DNA of 63,982 nt, counting the filler, from Octopus bimaculoides (taxonomy: Eukaryota): NCBI RefSeq assembly GCF_001194135.2. It is 4 parts of 4 records of this genome, joined end to end, with 100 filler letters (N's around TTAATTAATTAA, not from the genome) between each part and the next. Parts side by side here need not be neighbours in the genome. Positions count along the whole stretch, not along the records: positions 32,899 to 60,920 come from NC_068981.1; 3 more parts are not named here. One strand, 5' to 3'. Both the position numbers and the translations under genes were made by a program. Shown here one piece after another: positions 35,431 to 50,545 of the stretch. The notes beneath the pieces are model-generated. The model made no database searches. It was not told the DNA's origin and saw only the letters and a program-made list of their open reading frames with translations. How positions within the stretch are numbered: position 1 is the stretch's first letter; every line of letters starts with the position of its first letter.

Positions 35431-35483
35431 CACAAACTTCACACTTACAGAAATATACATACATACATATATATATATATATA

Positions 35484-36061
35484 TCATATTCTGTTAAGAA
35501 CGTAGGATAGTACAGTATAAAGCTCGTCCACCTTCACATTTCACTTCGTGCTATCCAACCGTATTAATATTATACGTATTGCCAGATTTGCGTTGGTGCT
35601 TCTTTAGTGTGTGAATAGATAAATGAATAAGTTGAAGCCAAAAAAATGTAGTACAGTTGGACATTTATTTGTAATCACTACAATTGTTTACACGCAGCTA
35701 TTTGATTATGTAACCGTTTCTCTGCATTATGAAACCTAGTTGTGTTTCCTCAGGCGATATAGAAAATAAATATTGTGTCCGTAAACCCAGATTCGCAGCT
35801 NNNNNNNNNNNNNNNNNNNNNNNNNNNNNNNNNNNNNNNNNNNNNNNNNNNNNNNNNNNNNNNNNNNNNNNNNNNNNNNNNNNNNNNNNNNNNNNNNNNN
35901 NNNNNNNNNNNNNNNNNNNNNNNNNNNNNNNNNNNNNNNNNNNNNNNNNNNNNNNNNNNNNNNNNNNNNNNNNNNNNNNNNNNNNNNNNNNNNNNNNNNN
36001 NNNNNNNNNNNNNNNNNNNNNNNNNNNNNNNNNNNNNNNNNNNNNNNNNNNNNNNNNNNNN

Positions 36062-36095
<34 letters not shown>

Positions 36096-36417
36096 ATATA
36101 TCATATTCTGTTAAGAACGTAGGATAGTACAGTATAAAGCTCGTCCACCTTCACATTTCACTTCGTGCTATCCAACCGTATTAATATTATACGTATTGCC
36201 AGATTTGCGTTGGTGCTTCTTTAGTGTGTGAATAGATAAATGAATAAGTTGAAGCCAAAAAAATGTAGTACAGTTGGACATTTATTTGTAATCACTACAA
36301 TTGTTTACACGCAGCTATTTGATTATGTAACCGTTTCTCTGCATTATGAAACCTAGTTGTGTTTCCTCAGGCGATATAGAAAATAAATATTGTGTCCGTA
36401 AACCCAGATTCGCAGCT
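35484..36417. other. Identical 317-bp duplication across a gap (likely assembly artefact)
   Basis: 35484-35800 equals 36101-36417 (offset 617); both start at a (TA)n run. Confidence 0.85.
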
Positions 36418-37440
36418 TCAAGTGCATCCTATCTGTCTGGCGTGGCCTGCGAGTTAGTAGCAGACACTTAGTGTATTGTGGCTGAAAGACTGTTGATAAA
36501 CTGTTTATAAATACGTTTTGATAAGCTGAATGGCTACTACTACCTCGCAGGCTAGGACAGACAGGATGCACTTTGAGCTAAGACTTTCAGTCTACTGACA
36601 TAATATTTATATATCGCCAGCGGAAACACAAAAAAAAAACTATTCTATCTGGTGGCAGGCAGTATCTTTTAACGCATCTGGTATAGTAGTACAATCATCA
36701 GACATTGCTCATATTGAATAACTATGTGGGCAGAGCCTGGTAATTGTGCAAGGGCACCAAACTGCTCAGAGATACTGTTTGTGCATGCTCTCAGCATATG
36801 AAATTAACAGTATCACATGAAAACTTATATTGAATTTATTGAATAATATATATATATATANNNNNNNNNNNNNNNNNNNNNNNNNNNNNNNNNNNNNNNN
36901 NNNNNNNNNNNNNNNNNNNNNNNNNNNNNNNNNNNNNNNNNNNNNNNNNNNNNNNNNNNNNNNNNNNNNNNNNNNNNNNNNNNNNNNNNNNNNNNNNNNN
37001 NNNNNNNNNNNNNNNNNNNNNNNNNNNNNNNNNNNNNNNNNNNNNNNNNNNNNNNNNNNNNNNNNNNNNNNNNNNNNNNNNNNNNNNNNNNNNNNNNNNN
37101 NNNNNNNNNNNNNNNNNNNNNNNNNNNNNNNNNNNNNNNNNNNNNNNNNNNNNNNNNNNNNNNNNNNNNNNNNNNNNNNNNNNNNNNNNNNNNNNNNNNN
37201 NNNNNNNNNNNNNNNNNNNNNNNNNNNNNNNNNNNNNNNNNNNNNNNNNNNNNNNNNNNNNNNNNNNNNNNNNNNNNNNNNNNNNNNNNNNNNNNNNNNN
37301 NNNNNNNNNNNNNNNNNNNNNNNNNNNNNNNNNNNNNNNNNNNNNNNNNNNNNNNNNNNNNNNNNNNNNNNNNNNNNNNNNNNNNNNNNNNNNNNNNNNN
37401 NNNNNNNNNNNNNNNNNNNNNNNNNNNNNNNNNNNNNNNN

Positions 37441-37469
<29 letters not shown>

Positions 37470-37472
<3 letters not shown>

Positions 37473-37620
37473 GACGTGATTCTCTCAATTTCCGTCTACG
37501 AAATATACTCATAAAACTTTGGTCGGCCAGAGGTTAAAGTAGAAGACAATTGCACAAGGTGCCACGCAATGGGACTGAACCCGGAACCATGTGGTTGGGA
37601 AGCAAGCTTCTTACAACACA
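37470..37620 (-). mobile_element. SINE family B head adjoining a (TA)n gap
   Basis: CAAGGTGCCACGCAATGGGACTGAACCCGGAACCATGTGGTTGG. Confidence 0.8.
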
Positions 37621-37975
37621 GATTACTGCATTGTCTAGACTATCCGATATTGTTTTACACCGCTAATTACAATGCGCTTTCTCGCCTTCTTTCAAGTGAT
37701 ATCAACCCTCTGGCTAGGAGTGCAGCCCAACAGTCACCCTGAACGTTCAGTCAATCTTTCGAAGAGTTACCCATTTATAGCTGCGTAGACTGGAGCAACG
37801 TGAAACGAACTGCTTTGCACAAAAGCACAAGGCGTCGCCGGTCTAGGAATCGTGAGTGCAACACCTTAACCGTTAGGCCATGCGGAGTTTGACTTTGCTG
37901 TCCTCATCTCTGTTTCCTGCCTTGAGGTAGGTTCATATATATGTATGTATACACATACATATTTACGTATCTATA

Positions 37976-38018
<43 letters not shown>

Positions 38019-39164
38019 GTATGCATACATATATATACATATATATGCACACACACACATATACACATATATATCTATATACCATACATGTACGTATGTG
38101 TACATTTGTTCATATGCCTTTCGACGTACGAACGGTAGGAAAAAGAACTCTACACACGTAGTAGGTCAGATGATTCACTCTCGCACTACACTGAATTTCC
38201 TGTTACATTACGTTCGTCACAATATCTACTCAAACACATATTCTTATGAGCCACAAGTTGAAACACCATTTCAACTTTCCACCACCAGAAACATGTATAC
38301 TGAATGAACTAGCATTTCCCTAGTGGAGGATCAAATGCAAGGTTATTGAAACATTAAAATTATCTCTTTATCCTATCCAAACTAAATAGTTTAAACTGTT
38401 CACACGATTGTTTTCGACATCTGCTACATTATATGTCTGGTAAACGACTGTTTACAAGAAAAGAAAATAAATATTGGCAATAATATATATAGATCCACTC
38501 TTCTTTAAACTATATTTATGACGTTCATAATTTATTTGTTAGTCATATTTATTATCTAGTGTTCCATTAGGCATTCTATAATAACCAGCAAAGAGCAGAA
38601 ATATATTCTCTGCTTCAGTAAACTTTGATGCTTAACTAAGCAACAAATTCGTCAGTAGACAAATCATATAGTTTTATTGATGATGAATTTGTTAAACTCC
38701 GAATGTTGAGCAGGGCCTTTTAAAACTACTGGTAGTAATTTGATAAGTAAATTGATACTTTGAGACATATTTGACATTGATTGTTGAACATGTTGAGCTA
38801 TAGCTCTGTTCTCTATAGAATCGAAATAAGCTTATCACACTACATTGAACCACTCTCTTTTTCTCTCGAGATTAAAAAGGTTTTCTTGAATCAAAATGGC
38901 GCCGATTTTCAATTTGCTATGAACAACAAAAATTATATTTGTGACTGCAAGAACACTGTCAATAATAACTGAAAACAAAAGCTACAAAAATACTAGTTGT
39001 ATATGTGACTGGGTTAACTTTGATTTTCTCAATCGCAGTATTTTACTGGTATTTATTTAATAAATCATTTATATATGTAACAACCTTTTTCTGAATGTGA
39101 ATGATGAAGCACTTCCAAATATCATCTGAACAATCTTAAGAAATGTCTTCATATTTTAGGGTAA

Positions 39165-40300
39165 ACTTAGCTGTAGCTGGTGTTTGGCCTCATGTGAACG
39201 CTGATTGCCCAGGACTATGGTCAAAATTATTCCAGACGTAACCGTCTCGAATGTTCGCACATATATTGATCAATATGTCATTTCTTTATTTCAGATAGCA
39301 GGGTGTGATCTGAGAAAGCAATGTTTCTTTTTCTAGCAGGTCGAGTGAAACTAATGACCCCTTAATAGGTTTACACAGTGTATATTTTCGCTTGTTAACC
39401 AGGTTTCTTTCATCAAAAATGTCATAAATATTTCTAAGAAACTAATTTTAGTTTGACAAATGGCAAAACTAAATATAGCATTAATTAAACCGTATCTCAC
39501 TATACTATGTGGTCTTTCGACTGCTTACAAATAACAACCGAATCTCTCTCAGAAACAAAATCACTATGAATTTAGTAGTCCTTGATACAGCCTTCCAGAT
39601 TTTAATATGACATTTCCCAGTCATCAATGGTTTTGTTGTTTAGCTCCAGATTAGGTCTTTAGCTACATTAATGATGTAAAACAGTCTAAACATGACTTGA
39701 ACTATGATCTAAGAGAGTTCAGCCATGACTTTCCCAACTATATTCGCAAGAATAACGTAGATACATCATTCACTGTTTCCAGATATTTTTAAATGTTGGG
39801 TCGGTGTGATTTGTGAAAGATCTGCATGTTTTTTTTTTCTAACAGTTCGGAGTTTCACATAGAGGTTTCTGTGAAAGCTTATTTACTCTTATTTACATTG
39901 ATGAAAGATATTCAAGCTATGACCAGCCAGTCTATATTTTAGTCTTCGGACAGCATGCTCCAATGTGTTCTTCCTCAAGATTGCAGTGTATGATTCGATT
40001 GAGATTTAACTACGATGTCACGTACGTCAAGTAGATTCTTCTTTGAATTCACGTTTGAGTTAAGAAGAATTTGACTGTTATTTCTAGGTATCCGAGTGAC
40101 TATACAGAGATACGTAGCTCGAAGTAAACTTGGATGTTGCTGTTGTTTGATTCCAGGTCAGTTCTGAGCGAACAAATCTATGACCAAATTCGCAAACATG
40201 TTTGTTTGTCAGAAACGACGTTATCTAAAACATCGTTTATTTATAACGGTAGGGTTTAGTTTGACGGAAATTTGATTACTAATTCCAGGAAGTCGAACGA
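39165..40300 (+). repeat. Chain of about 4 old copies of unclassified repeat family D
   Basis: Recurring CTATGA(T/C)C, GG(G)TGTGATTTG and TTTCTAG.AGGTCGAG motifs; other copies near 3770-3860, 48730-48890 and 62810-63000. Confidence 0.55.
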
Positions 40301-40734
40301 ACAGTTTGAAGCTCTTTTGTTGCAAACCTAGACTAGGTTATCTTCAGTGGAGGAATATAAAATTAGATAGCAATACAGCAGCCAGACAAGACTATACTGT
40401 TCGTTCAGAAACCAGCTCTCTTACTCTCTGGCACTTTGTATATCTTCGGAGAGATGTTTTGGTTACATGCAGAGATATACTTACATAAGCCTCATTCTAA
40501 TAACGATTGCTATGGTCTGTGCTCAAGTGTTGCTGCTACTACTGTTGAAGTAATAGTTGCTATGTTTGTTGCTATTGCTGGTTTTCTTATTAGTACAGGT
40601 GTGGTTGCTAACTACTATTATTCCTACAGATTTTGCTGTTTTTGATGTTTCGTTTCTGTTCTTGTTCTAATGCTGTTATTGTCACAGCTGCAGTTATTGA
40701 TAACGTCATTGTTGCTGTAATATCATAATTGTTA

Positions 40735-41208
40735 TTGAAAGGCAGCGAGCTGTCAGAATCGTCAACACGTTGAGCAAAATGCTCAGCTGCATTTCGTCCA
40801 TCCTGCTATTTTGAGTTCAAACTCCACCGGCGTCGACCATGCTATTCTATCTTTTTCGGGGGGAGGGGTCGATAAAATAAGTACCAATTGAGTACTAGGA
40901 TCGATGTAATCGACTTAATCCCTCCCCCACTCCAGAAATTAGTGGCCTTATGCCAAAGTTTGAAACCGATATGATTATATTTACTGAAAGGCGACATGCT
41001 GGCAGAACTGTTAATACGCCGGGGGAAAAAAAATTAGCTGCATTTCGCCCGTCCTTACGTTCTGAGTTCAAATTCCGTCGAGGTAGACTTTACTTTTCAT
41101 CATATCGGAATCGATAACATAAGTACCAGTTGCGTATTGGTGTCGATGTAATCGACTATCCTCATCCACAAAATTTCAGTTCTTATGCCTATAGTAGAAA
41201 AATCATCA

Positions 41209-41215
<7 letters not shown>
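40735..41215 (+). mobile_element. Two tandem SINE family A copies
   Basis: Both have the full head, CTTTT/CATC block, GATAA.ATAAGTACC and tail, ending in (ATT)n. Confidence 0.85.
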
Positions 41216-41249
<34 letters not shown>

Positions 41250-42012
41250 GCTAATATTAGTGTTATTACTGCTGTTTCTCTTGTTGTTGTTGCTGTTTTT
41301 GTTGTCCTTCTTGTTATTTTTGCTGTTTGCTGTTATGCTCGTTGTTTTTGTTTAGACGGCTGTTTCGTTATTAATATCGTTTTATTATTTTTTATCGTTC
41401 TTGCTGTTCTTTTATGCTATCATAGTTATTCCTAATGCTGTTACACTTCTTGCTAACAGCACTGCTACAGTTACAAATACCGTTGCTGTTATCGCCGTTG
41501 TTAGTGTTGTTGTTGTTGTTCATAGTGTTGTTGTTGTTGTTCATAGTGTTGTTGTTGTTGTTGTTGTTGTTGTTGTAAAATTTTGCAATTTACGTCGCCT
41601 GTCCAAACGAAAACCCAATAAAATTGTAACCCCAATAAAACTATAACTGATGAGATTTTCAGCTCAGATTTGAAAATGAGAATTGTAATAAAATTCTTGT
41701 TTGATTTCTAGGTGAGTTATTGTTGCTGTTGTTGTTGTTGTTGTTGTTTTTGTTTTTGTTGTCGATGTTAATGTGGTGGTTGTTTCTGTTCTTGTTTTAC
41801 TCTCCTTTTCCCCATTTGTTACATGTATTACGCATTCATTTCCACAACATGAATGAGCTCACACAAACAAACCAACACACATCGTTAGCGCATGTATAAG
41901 TAATCACTCTTATACATTCAAGACAGAGATACATCTTTATATGTATATAGACACACATATATGCCTTATATGTGTATGTATATATATATGTATTCATGTA
42001 TATGCATATATA

Positions 42013-42076
<64 letters not shown>

Positions 42077-42138
42077 TCGCCATGATAGATCGCTAACCAC
42101 TACACACAATTTTTTTTTCCTTGTTTCATTCTGTGTTC

Positions 42139-42174
42139 CTTTCTGTGGAAGAGCGTAGGCTCGAAACGTTAATG
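42139..42174 (+). ncRNA. Hammerhead-like motif, family 2, copy 2
   Basis: CUUU CUGUGGA A GAGC guag GCUC GAAA CGUU AAUG; inside a repeat (~42085-42270) bounded by (TA)n. Confidence 0.45.
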
Positions 42175-42826
42175 ACTTTTTTCAATTCCTGAGCGTTATA
42201 CTAATACATCTATTTGTTTTCTATACCACCTTCTTTGTCTGTTGTTTTGTGTGAATTCTCCCTATATATATATATATATATGTAAACCATGTTGGCAAAA
42301 TAACATAGTCTGCCATGGACACCTGTGCTTTGGTTCTTTCTTCCTTTTTCTTTTCTTCCTTTTTTTGTCACTTTTGCTATGAATTAAATTAATGAATTCA
42401 ACGGGATACACCGTCTGCAAGTAGTTGGGTTCAGCATATTATCCTCCATTTTCTAATTGTTACACAAATTTTGGGTAAAACCTCCGCTTTTACCCGCTCC
42501 CATTGATTGCACCTAGGATAGCACTAGTGTAGCAATAATTGGGTACCCTCCCAGCAGTATACTGGATAGATACTATCCCTTAGTGGGTTGAACCCCCATG
42601 CATGTATGTGCATATATGTATGTGTGTGTGCGTATGTGTGTGTAAGATGAAAAAAATGAAACATCAACATCTCTCGAACATCCTTCTTTGGTTCGTAATA
42701 ATTGTGCTGACTGTTATATATGATTCCATCTTTACTGTTAAGACCGGAAACCCGATACAGAACTTACCTTTCGGATGAGAGTATTCATTTATACGTAATT
42801 CCAGCAACCGGTAATTCTATTATATG

Positions 42827-42892
<66 letters not shown>

Positions 42893-43469
42893 NNNNNNNN
42901 NNNNNNNNNNNNNNNNNNNNNNNNNNNNNNNNNNNNNNNNNNNNNNNNNNNNNNNNNNNNNNNNNNNNNNNNNNNNNNNNNNNNNNNNNNNNNNNNNNNN
43001 NNNNNNNNNNNNNNNNNNNNNNNNNNNNNNNNNNNNNNNNNNNNNNNNNNNNNNNNNNNNNNNNNNNNNNNNNNNNNNNNNNNNNNNNNNNNNNNNNNNN
43101 NNNNNNNNNNNNNNNNNNNNNNNNNNNNNNNNNNNNNNNNNNNNNNNNNNNNNNNNNNNNNNNNNNNNNNNNNNNNNNNNNNNNNNNNNNNNNNNNNNNN
43201 NNNNNNNNNNNNNNNNNNNNNNNNNNNNNNNNNNNNNNNNNNNNNNNNNNNNNNNNNNNNNNNNNNNNNNNNNNNNNNNNNNNNNNNNNNNNNNNNNNNN
43301 NNNNNNNNNNNNNNNNNNNNNNNNNNNNNNNNNNNNNNNNNNNNNNNNNNNNNNNNNNNNNNNNNNNNNNNNNNNNNNNNNNNNNNNNNNNNNNNNNNNN
43401 NNNNNNNNNNNNNNNNNNNNNNNNNNNNNNNNNNNNNNNNNNATATACATATATATATGTATATATATG

Positions 43470-43502
<33 letters not shown>

Positions 43503-44772
43503 TCATATATATATATATATATATATATACGTATATATATATATGTATGTATGTATACACACACACACACACACACACACTTATATATATATATATATAT
43601 ATATACATAATCATACATTATATATATACATAATCATACATTATATATATACATATGTATGAATTACATGTACGTATATCTTTGCATATATGAACATGTA
43701 TGTACATATATGTGTATTTATATCTCGATAGATAATTAGATAGATACAAATCCATATGCGTGTGTGTGTGAGTGCGTGTGTGCTTGTGTGTTTGCGCGCG
43801 CGCGTATGTGTGTATAGAAACGTATACATCTACATGACTAATTTTTAATATACCAATTTCGGTGAAAAAAAAAAGGACGTACGCATCAGCTTCCTTACAA
43901 TCTATAACTACGCATTTCTACAGCAAGCATTAAATCGTAGCTTTTAATATAGGTTTATGCGTGTTAGCGAGTATATGTGTGTGCGGATGTTTGTTGTAAA
44001 TACATATCCCTTAACTGCATATATATCTTATATCTATCATGAATCTGCGAATCCTGCTGTCATCTTGTTAAGCTCATGCACACTTTATATATATATATAC
44101 ATATATATATGTTTTTGTGTACATGCATGTGTACCGCATACATACATACATACATACATACATACATACATACATACATACATACGTATTGCACATGGAC
44201 ATATGAAGTGAAAAGGAGACAGCTAGCGAGAATTACCATAGCAAATTGGAAAGTTATTCGCTGAAGGGATCAATTCACAGGGTGTAAATAAAATGGAAAT
44301 TTCAACATATTTTTTTTTTTTTCACAATATAACACAGAATGGAAGAGAATGGGAGATATACACAGATATATAGGTAGAGATGAGTATTAAGGGGAAGCAA
44401 CAGAGAAGGTGAGAGGATGAAAATGAGCTGAAATTTGCGAAGGTGTAGGCTGGAAGTGTTTGGGGCGAAAAATGATCGGAAATTGCATATTTACTGGGTG
44501 TTTTTTGTTTTTTTTGGTTACACATATAAACACACATACACACATGTACAATTGATATGGAGATAGGAATGCTTATATTGAATGAATATATATGTGTATA
44601 TACTTATGTATGTGTTAAATTTATGTGTGTATTTGTTCTATTATTTTCATGTCTTGATGAATATACATATATATATACAACGTTGCACACAGACATTAGC
44701 GCACCACGCATTCACACTCAAACACACACACATACACCCATCACCCACCATGCACTCATACACATGTGCATA

Positions 44773-44824
<52 letters not shown>

Positions 44825-45483
44825 NNNNNNNNNNNNNNNNNNNNNNNNNNNNNNNNNNNNNNNNNNNNNNNNNNNNNNNNNNNNNNNNNNNNNNNNNNNN
44901 NNNNNNNNNNNNNNNNNNNNNNNNNNNNNNNNNNNNNNNNNNNNNNNNNNNNNNNNNNNNNNNNNNNNNNNNNNNNNNNNNNNNNNNNNNNNNNNNNNNN
45001 NNNNNNNNNNNNNNNNNNNNNNNNNNNNNNNNNNNNNNNNNNNNNNNNNNNNNNNNNNNNNNNNNNNNNNNNNNNNNNNNNNNNNNNNNNNNNNNNNNNN
45101 NNNNNNNNNNNNNNNNNNNNNNNNNNNNNNNNNNNNNNNNNNNNNNNNNNNNNNNNNNNNNNNNNNNNNNNNNNNNNNNNNNNNNNNNNNNNNNNNNNNN
45201 NNNNNNNNNNNNNNNNNNNNNNNNNNNNNNNNNNNNNNNNNNNNNTATATATATATATATATATGTATCTGTGTATATGAGTGTATATATTTCATACATA
45301 CATACATGCATTTATGCGTTCATACTTGCATATGTACATACATATTAAGATAGTGACAGAAACGGAGAGAATAGGTGAAAAAACTTAAGCTAGGGTTTGG
45401 AACGAAATATCCATCCAGCTCGATAAGATAGAGAGGAAGAGGAAGAGAAAGGGGAGAGAGAGGGGGAGAAAAGAGAGAAATAA

Positions 45484-45528
<45 letters not shown>

Positions 45529-45862
45529 GTGATAGGCAGAGAGAAATTGAATGAGAACGTTCATTTAGATTTTGACAGATCTATTAATTTAAAAATCCAC
45601 TTTCTTCTGTACATCGCCGACCCACCATAAGGCAATGATGCCCCCCACCTCGTCCGCCATAAAGAATATTACTACTCTCTACGAACCGTTTCTAACGACG
45701 TGTCCATGTTATACATACATATTCGCGCTCTCTCTCTCTCTCTCGCTCTCTCTGACTCTCTCTCTCTCCCGGTATATATATATATTTATACAAATATATA
45801 TGTATATTTGTGTGTGTGTGTATATATAAAGAATATCTGTATGTGTGTGTATGTCTCCGTGC

Positions 45863-45909
<47 letters not shown>

Positions 45910-46054
45910 TGCGCGCGTGTGTGTACATACTTGCACATGACATATATACGTGAATACATTTGTGAATAGTTTAACCAATGCTAGAAAGATATACATTCAT
46001 ACACACACACACACACATATGTGTATATATGTATATGCATGGATGTATACATAC

Positions 46055-46086
<32 letters not shown>

Positions 46087-46089
46087 GCA

Positions 46090-46174
<85 letters not shown>

Positions 46175-46559
46175 GTATGTGTGCGTGTGTGTGTGTGCGT
46201 GTGTGTGTGTATTCATATAAATAAAAATGTACGTAAGTTGAGCATCTTTGTAAGGGAATGTGCGCATGTGCAGGGGTATCTATATTGTTCATTTCGAGTT
46301 AGGAATATTTTAAAATGTTTACTGGTGCATATAGCAGCACATTTGTGCATTTATGCACTTCTTGCTATATTTCTTTCTCTTTATTTCATCTATAGCTTGT
46401 CAAACATCTTGATTCATTTTTCAAATGCATTTTACCTTGCACATATACATGTCACAGTGAGTGTATGCACAAGTATGTGGGCACAGACACACACACTCTC
46501 ACAAGCACGCATGCACTCACACATACACATATGTATATATCATGTCTCTCTCATTCTCT

Positions 46560-46572
46560 TACTCTCTCTGTC

Positions 46573-46603
<31 letters not shown>

Positions 46604-46669
46604 CTATGTATCTATGTGTCTGTCAGTCAGTCGGCTGTGTGTTTATTTTTATCTATTTATCTATCTATT

Positions 46670-46706
<37 letters not shown>

Positions 46707-46738
46707 TTCTCTCTCTCTTTCTCTCTCTCTCTCTGTCT

Positions 46739-46769
<31 letters not shown>

Positions 46770-46857
46770 TCTACATGCACATATTTAAATACGTGCATCT
46801 ATATGAAGAGGTTTATACGCAAACAAACACATAGATAGATATATAGATAGATAGACT

Positions 46858-46913
<56 letters not shown>

Positions 46914-47109
46914 TACAGCGTATTTCTGTCTGTATCTATTTATGTACATGCATGCATGTATGCGAACGCATGCGTTTATTTGTGCACTGGTAAATATGAT
47001 AATATGAGAGTTAGGAAGTGACAGGAATGAGAAGGGCGGAAAATACGTAATGAAAGGAAACACACATGCACGCGTGCGCGTATCCCCATATACACGCACA
47101 CAGACACTC

Positions 47110-47161
<52 letters not shown>

Positions 47162-47433
47162 AAATAGAAAGAGAGAGAGTGTAAGAGTGAGAAGAAGCCG
47201 TGGTGCAAGTGTTATGGTAATAGTGAATGTATGCGCAATGAAGGACCATGAGATTGTTGGATGTGTCGAGGAGGAGTCTGAGAAAATTTAGAGAAATAAT
47301 TGAATGAAATGTATAAAATGAATGAAGAAATGGATGAGAAATACTAATGGGAGGGTAGAGAAGAGGACAGGTAATCAACGGATGATGATGGAGATGATGA
47401 TGGAGATGATGATGGAGATGATGATGACGATGA

Positions 47434-47472
<39 letters not shown>

Positions 47473-47512
47473 TGATGATGATGGCGATGGCGATAATGAT
47501 GACGATGATGAC

Positions 47513-47553
<41 letters not shown>

Positions 47554-48270
47554 CGACGACGACGACGACGATTACAACGACGATGACGACGACGACGACG
47601 ATGATGATGATGATGACGACGACGATGATGATGGTGACGATGATGATGATGACGATGATGATGATAATGATGATGATAATGATGATGAGGATGAGGATGA
47701 GGATGAGACGACGACGACGACGACGATGATGGTGATGAAGATGATGACGATTTAGATGACGATGATGATGCATGACCCTCATCACAATTGTTTATACGTA
47801 AAGATGGTGGTGGTTTTGGTTGTGATGACGGACAGGTGGTGGCTGTCATGATGATGTTGTTGTTGTTGTTGTGGTGGTGGTGGTGTTCGTGATGCGGGAC
47901 AGGATCCAAACTAGTGATGATGATGGGGATAATGATGTGAGTGTTTGTAGTAAATGATGCGGCTGCTGATGATGATGATTGTGATGAAAACGACGACGAC
48001 GATGATAATGATGATTATGATGATGGTGGAATTATTTGGCTGATGATTCTGATATATACGGACACAGTTATAACTACGTTGATGATTATGACAACGACGA
48101 TAATATTGATGATGATGAGAATGAGAAGGACATCGGTGATGATATCGGTGATGTTGGTGATGATGATGAGGATCATGATTATGATGATAATGATAATGAT
48201 CATGATAATAACAGTGGTTGTGTTGGTGGTGATTATGATGATGACGTTAAATATAATGGTTTCTAATTCA
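46560..48270. repeat. Large compound microsatellite: (TCTA)n, (CT)n, (GATA)n, (GA)n, then (GAT/GAC)n mosaic
   Basis: Read directly; source of several long low-complexity ORFs. Confidence 0.95.
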
Positions 48271-50029
48271 GGCACAAGGTCGGCGATTTTTAGTGAAGGG
48301 GTTTGTCGTTTACATTGACGTTTCTTCAGACATTTTAACTATTCGGACTTCCTGTCACACTCTGGTGTGATAAATATTTATATTCTTCTAAGTATTAGCT
48401 CATAGTCACATATTTAATGAAAGGGACTAAATTGTTTAAACTGAACCCACAAGTCGGCTGGAGCTGAGGTTATTGAAAGGGGTAGTCGTGGGAAGATATA
48501 GTGAAAGATACGGTGATCAATGATTTCTTAATATTGCAACAATCAAGATTGATCCATTACATAACTGGTACTTACATTTATCTCAGAAAGGTAAAATCCA
48601 ATACTGAATCTGTCTGGATTTGACCGTGCATCTAACAAAGACGAAAATTTATAATGTAGGTATTTTGTCTATTGATTGTATTGTTTTTGACTTTCCATCG
48701 TGATTAGATACGCAAATGCTCAATACTATTGTTGTTATTTAACCCCAGATCTACCCTGATCGAATACATCTATGATAAAAAAGAAGTCCAACCAACATCA
48801 GCCAGGATTTTTTAGAGCATATCTTGGAATATGTCCTCTCTAAAAAAAAAAATAGGGCGCAATTAGAAGATTTTAATTCTAGTTCTAGTAAGTAGTATGA
48901 CCATTTAGAAATTTTTACATTAGCTCAGGATATGTTCAATAATTTAGGTAAGTTTTGTAAATCTAACTTTCCTCTAAGAATGTAGATTAAGTTTGAGAGA
49001 TTAGTTCTTAATTTAACTAAATTATTTAACGAAATTATTAAATTATTAAATCACTCAAATAACTGAAACAAGTAAAAGAATAAAACAGAAGAATCTAGAG
49101 GTTTAAAATGAAGTCAAGGTATTTTGGTGACATCAAGCATTTTAATGTTTACATAAAATCTCAAAGGGACATAAAATCTCAAATGCACAGTTTTTGTTAA
49201 TCTGATATTTCAACAGTTTAAAGTAATAGCATTCAATATAGTCCCAAATGCGGTCTATATTAGAATTACCGGATGCTGGTCTTACGTATAATTTAACGAA
49301 ATTATTAAATTATTTAATTTAACGAAATTATTTACCGTTTCTTTTCGGGAATTACAAACAATTGGCAATAAGGGCAAAAGCTCCACTTCAACACGATGTG
49401 GTTTCGTGTCTGGCCACTGCGCAGCACCTTGGACAGATGTCTTCTACTATACCATCGAACCGACCAATGCCTCTTGAGTGAATTTTATTCAAAGAAACTG
49501 TACGGAAGCCTTCCCATATGCATGTGTGCACGTACAAATTTGTGTTTGTGTATATGTTTGACAACCAGTGTTGGATTATGTTAGGGATATAGATTTACTC
49601 AAATTGTGTGAGGCATTCATTAAAATTTCATACATCTCCCTCTCATACAACCCGTATCTCGAAGTCTCCAGTTTTAGTGATGTTCATGTACTTGTAATCG
49701 TGCGTTGTGGTTATTGCAACTCTTCATGATCGTCGTAGTCATTGTATTCGGTTATTTTCCCCTGCTGCTGTACTGTGTTATTTGGGTTTAAATATCGATA
49801 CAGTAAGTACCAGACTTAACATAACTTACTGTTCTCAGTTTCACTAACTAAACCCTTCGAGGGAGTGCACTAGCAAGGCTGCAGTCCAATGACTGAAACA
49901 AATACAAGAATTAATGAATAATCACTGAAATGTTTACTTTCATTTCCTTCAAACAAGATAAAAATTTTAATAAATTAACAATTATTTTAATGTACCACAT
50001 TTATTACACCACTCCTTGATTTATTTATA

Positions 50030-50298
50030 TATAGTGGCTGTGTGGTAAGAAGCTTGCTTCCCAACCACATGGTTTCGCGTTCAGTCCCACAGCATGGAAG
50101 CTTGAGCAAGTGTCCTCTATTATAGCCTCGGGCCGACGAAAGCCTTGTGAGCGGATTTGGCAGACGGAAACTGAAAGAAGCCCGTCGTATGTATATATAT
50201 NNNNNNNNNNNNNNNNNNNNNNNNNNNNNNNNNNNNNNNNNNNNNNNNNNNNNNNNNNNNNNNNNNNNNNNNNNNNNNNNNNNNNNNNNNNNNNNNNN

Positions 50299-50332
<34 letters not shown>

Positions 50333-50545
50333 GTTTGTGTCTGTGTTTGTCCCCCTACCATTGCTTGACAACCGATATTGGTGTGTTTACGTCCCGTAAC
50401 TTAGCGGTTCGGGAAAAAAGAGACCGATAGAATAAGTACTAGGCTTACAAAGAATAGGTCCTGGGGTCGATTTATTCGACTAAAAGTGATGCTCCATCAT
50501 GGCCGCACTCAAATGACTGAAACAAGTAAAAGAATAAAAGAAAAG
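50030..50545 (+). mobile_element. Complete SINE family B copy with gapped internal (TA)/(TG) tract
   Basis: Head, CORE, microsatellite gap 50201-50298, tail. Confidence 0.88.

Noticed and set aside
35484-36417. Apparent recent tandem duplication of 317 bp
   Set aside because: Copies are identical and separated only by a gap plus (TA)n; best explained as unmerged contig ends. The same applies to 11293-11490.
41645-41690. CTGATGA...GAAA as a hammerhead
   Set aside because: No stem II closing next to GAAA and no stem I or III complementarity.
46785-47909. 374-aa His/Arg/Ser-rich ORF and overlapping poly-M, poly-I and poly-D ORFs
   Set aside because: Translation of compound microsatellites; no domain, and several frames are open only because the repeats lack stops.
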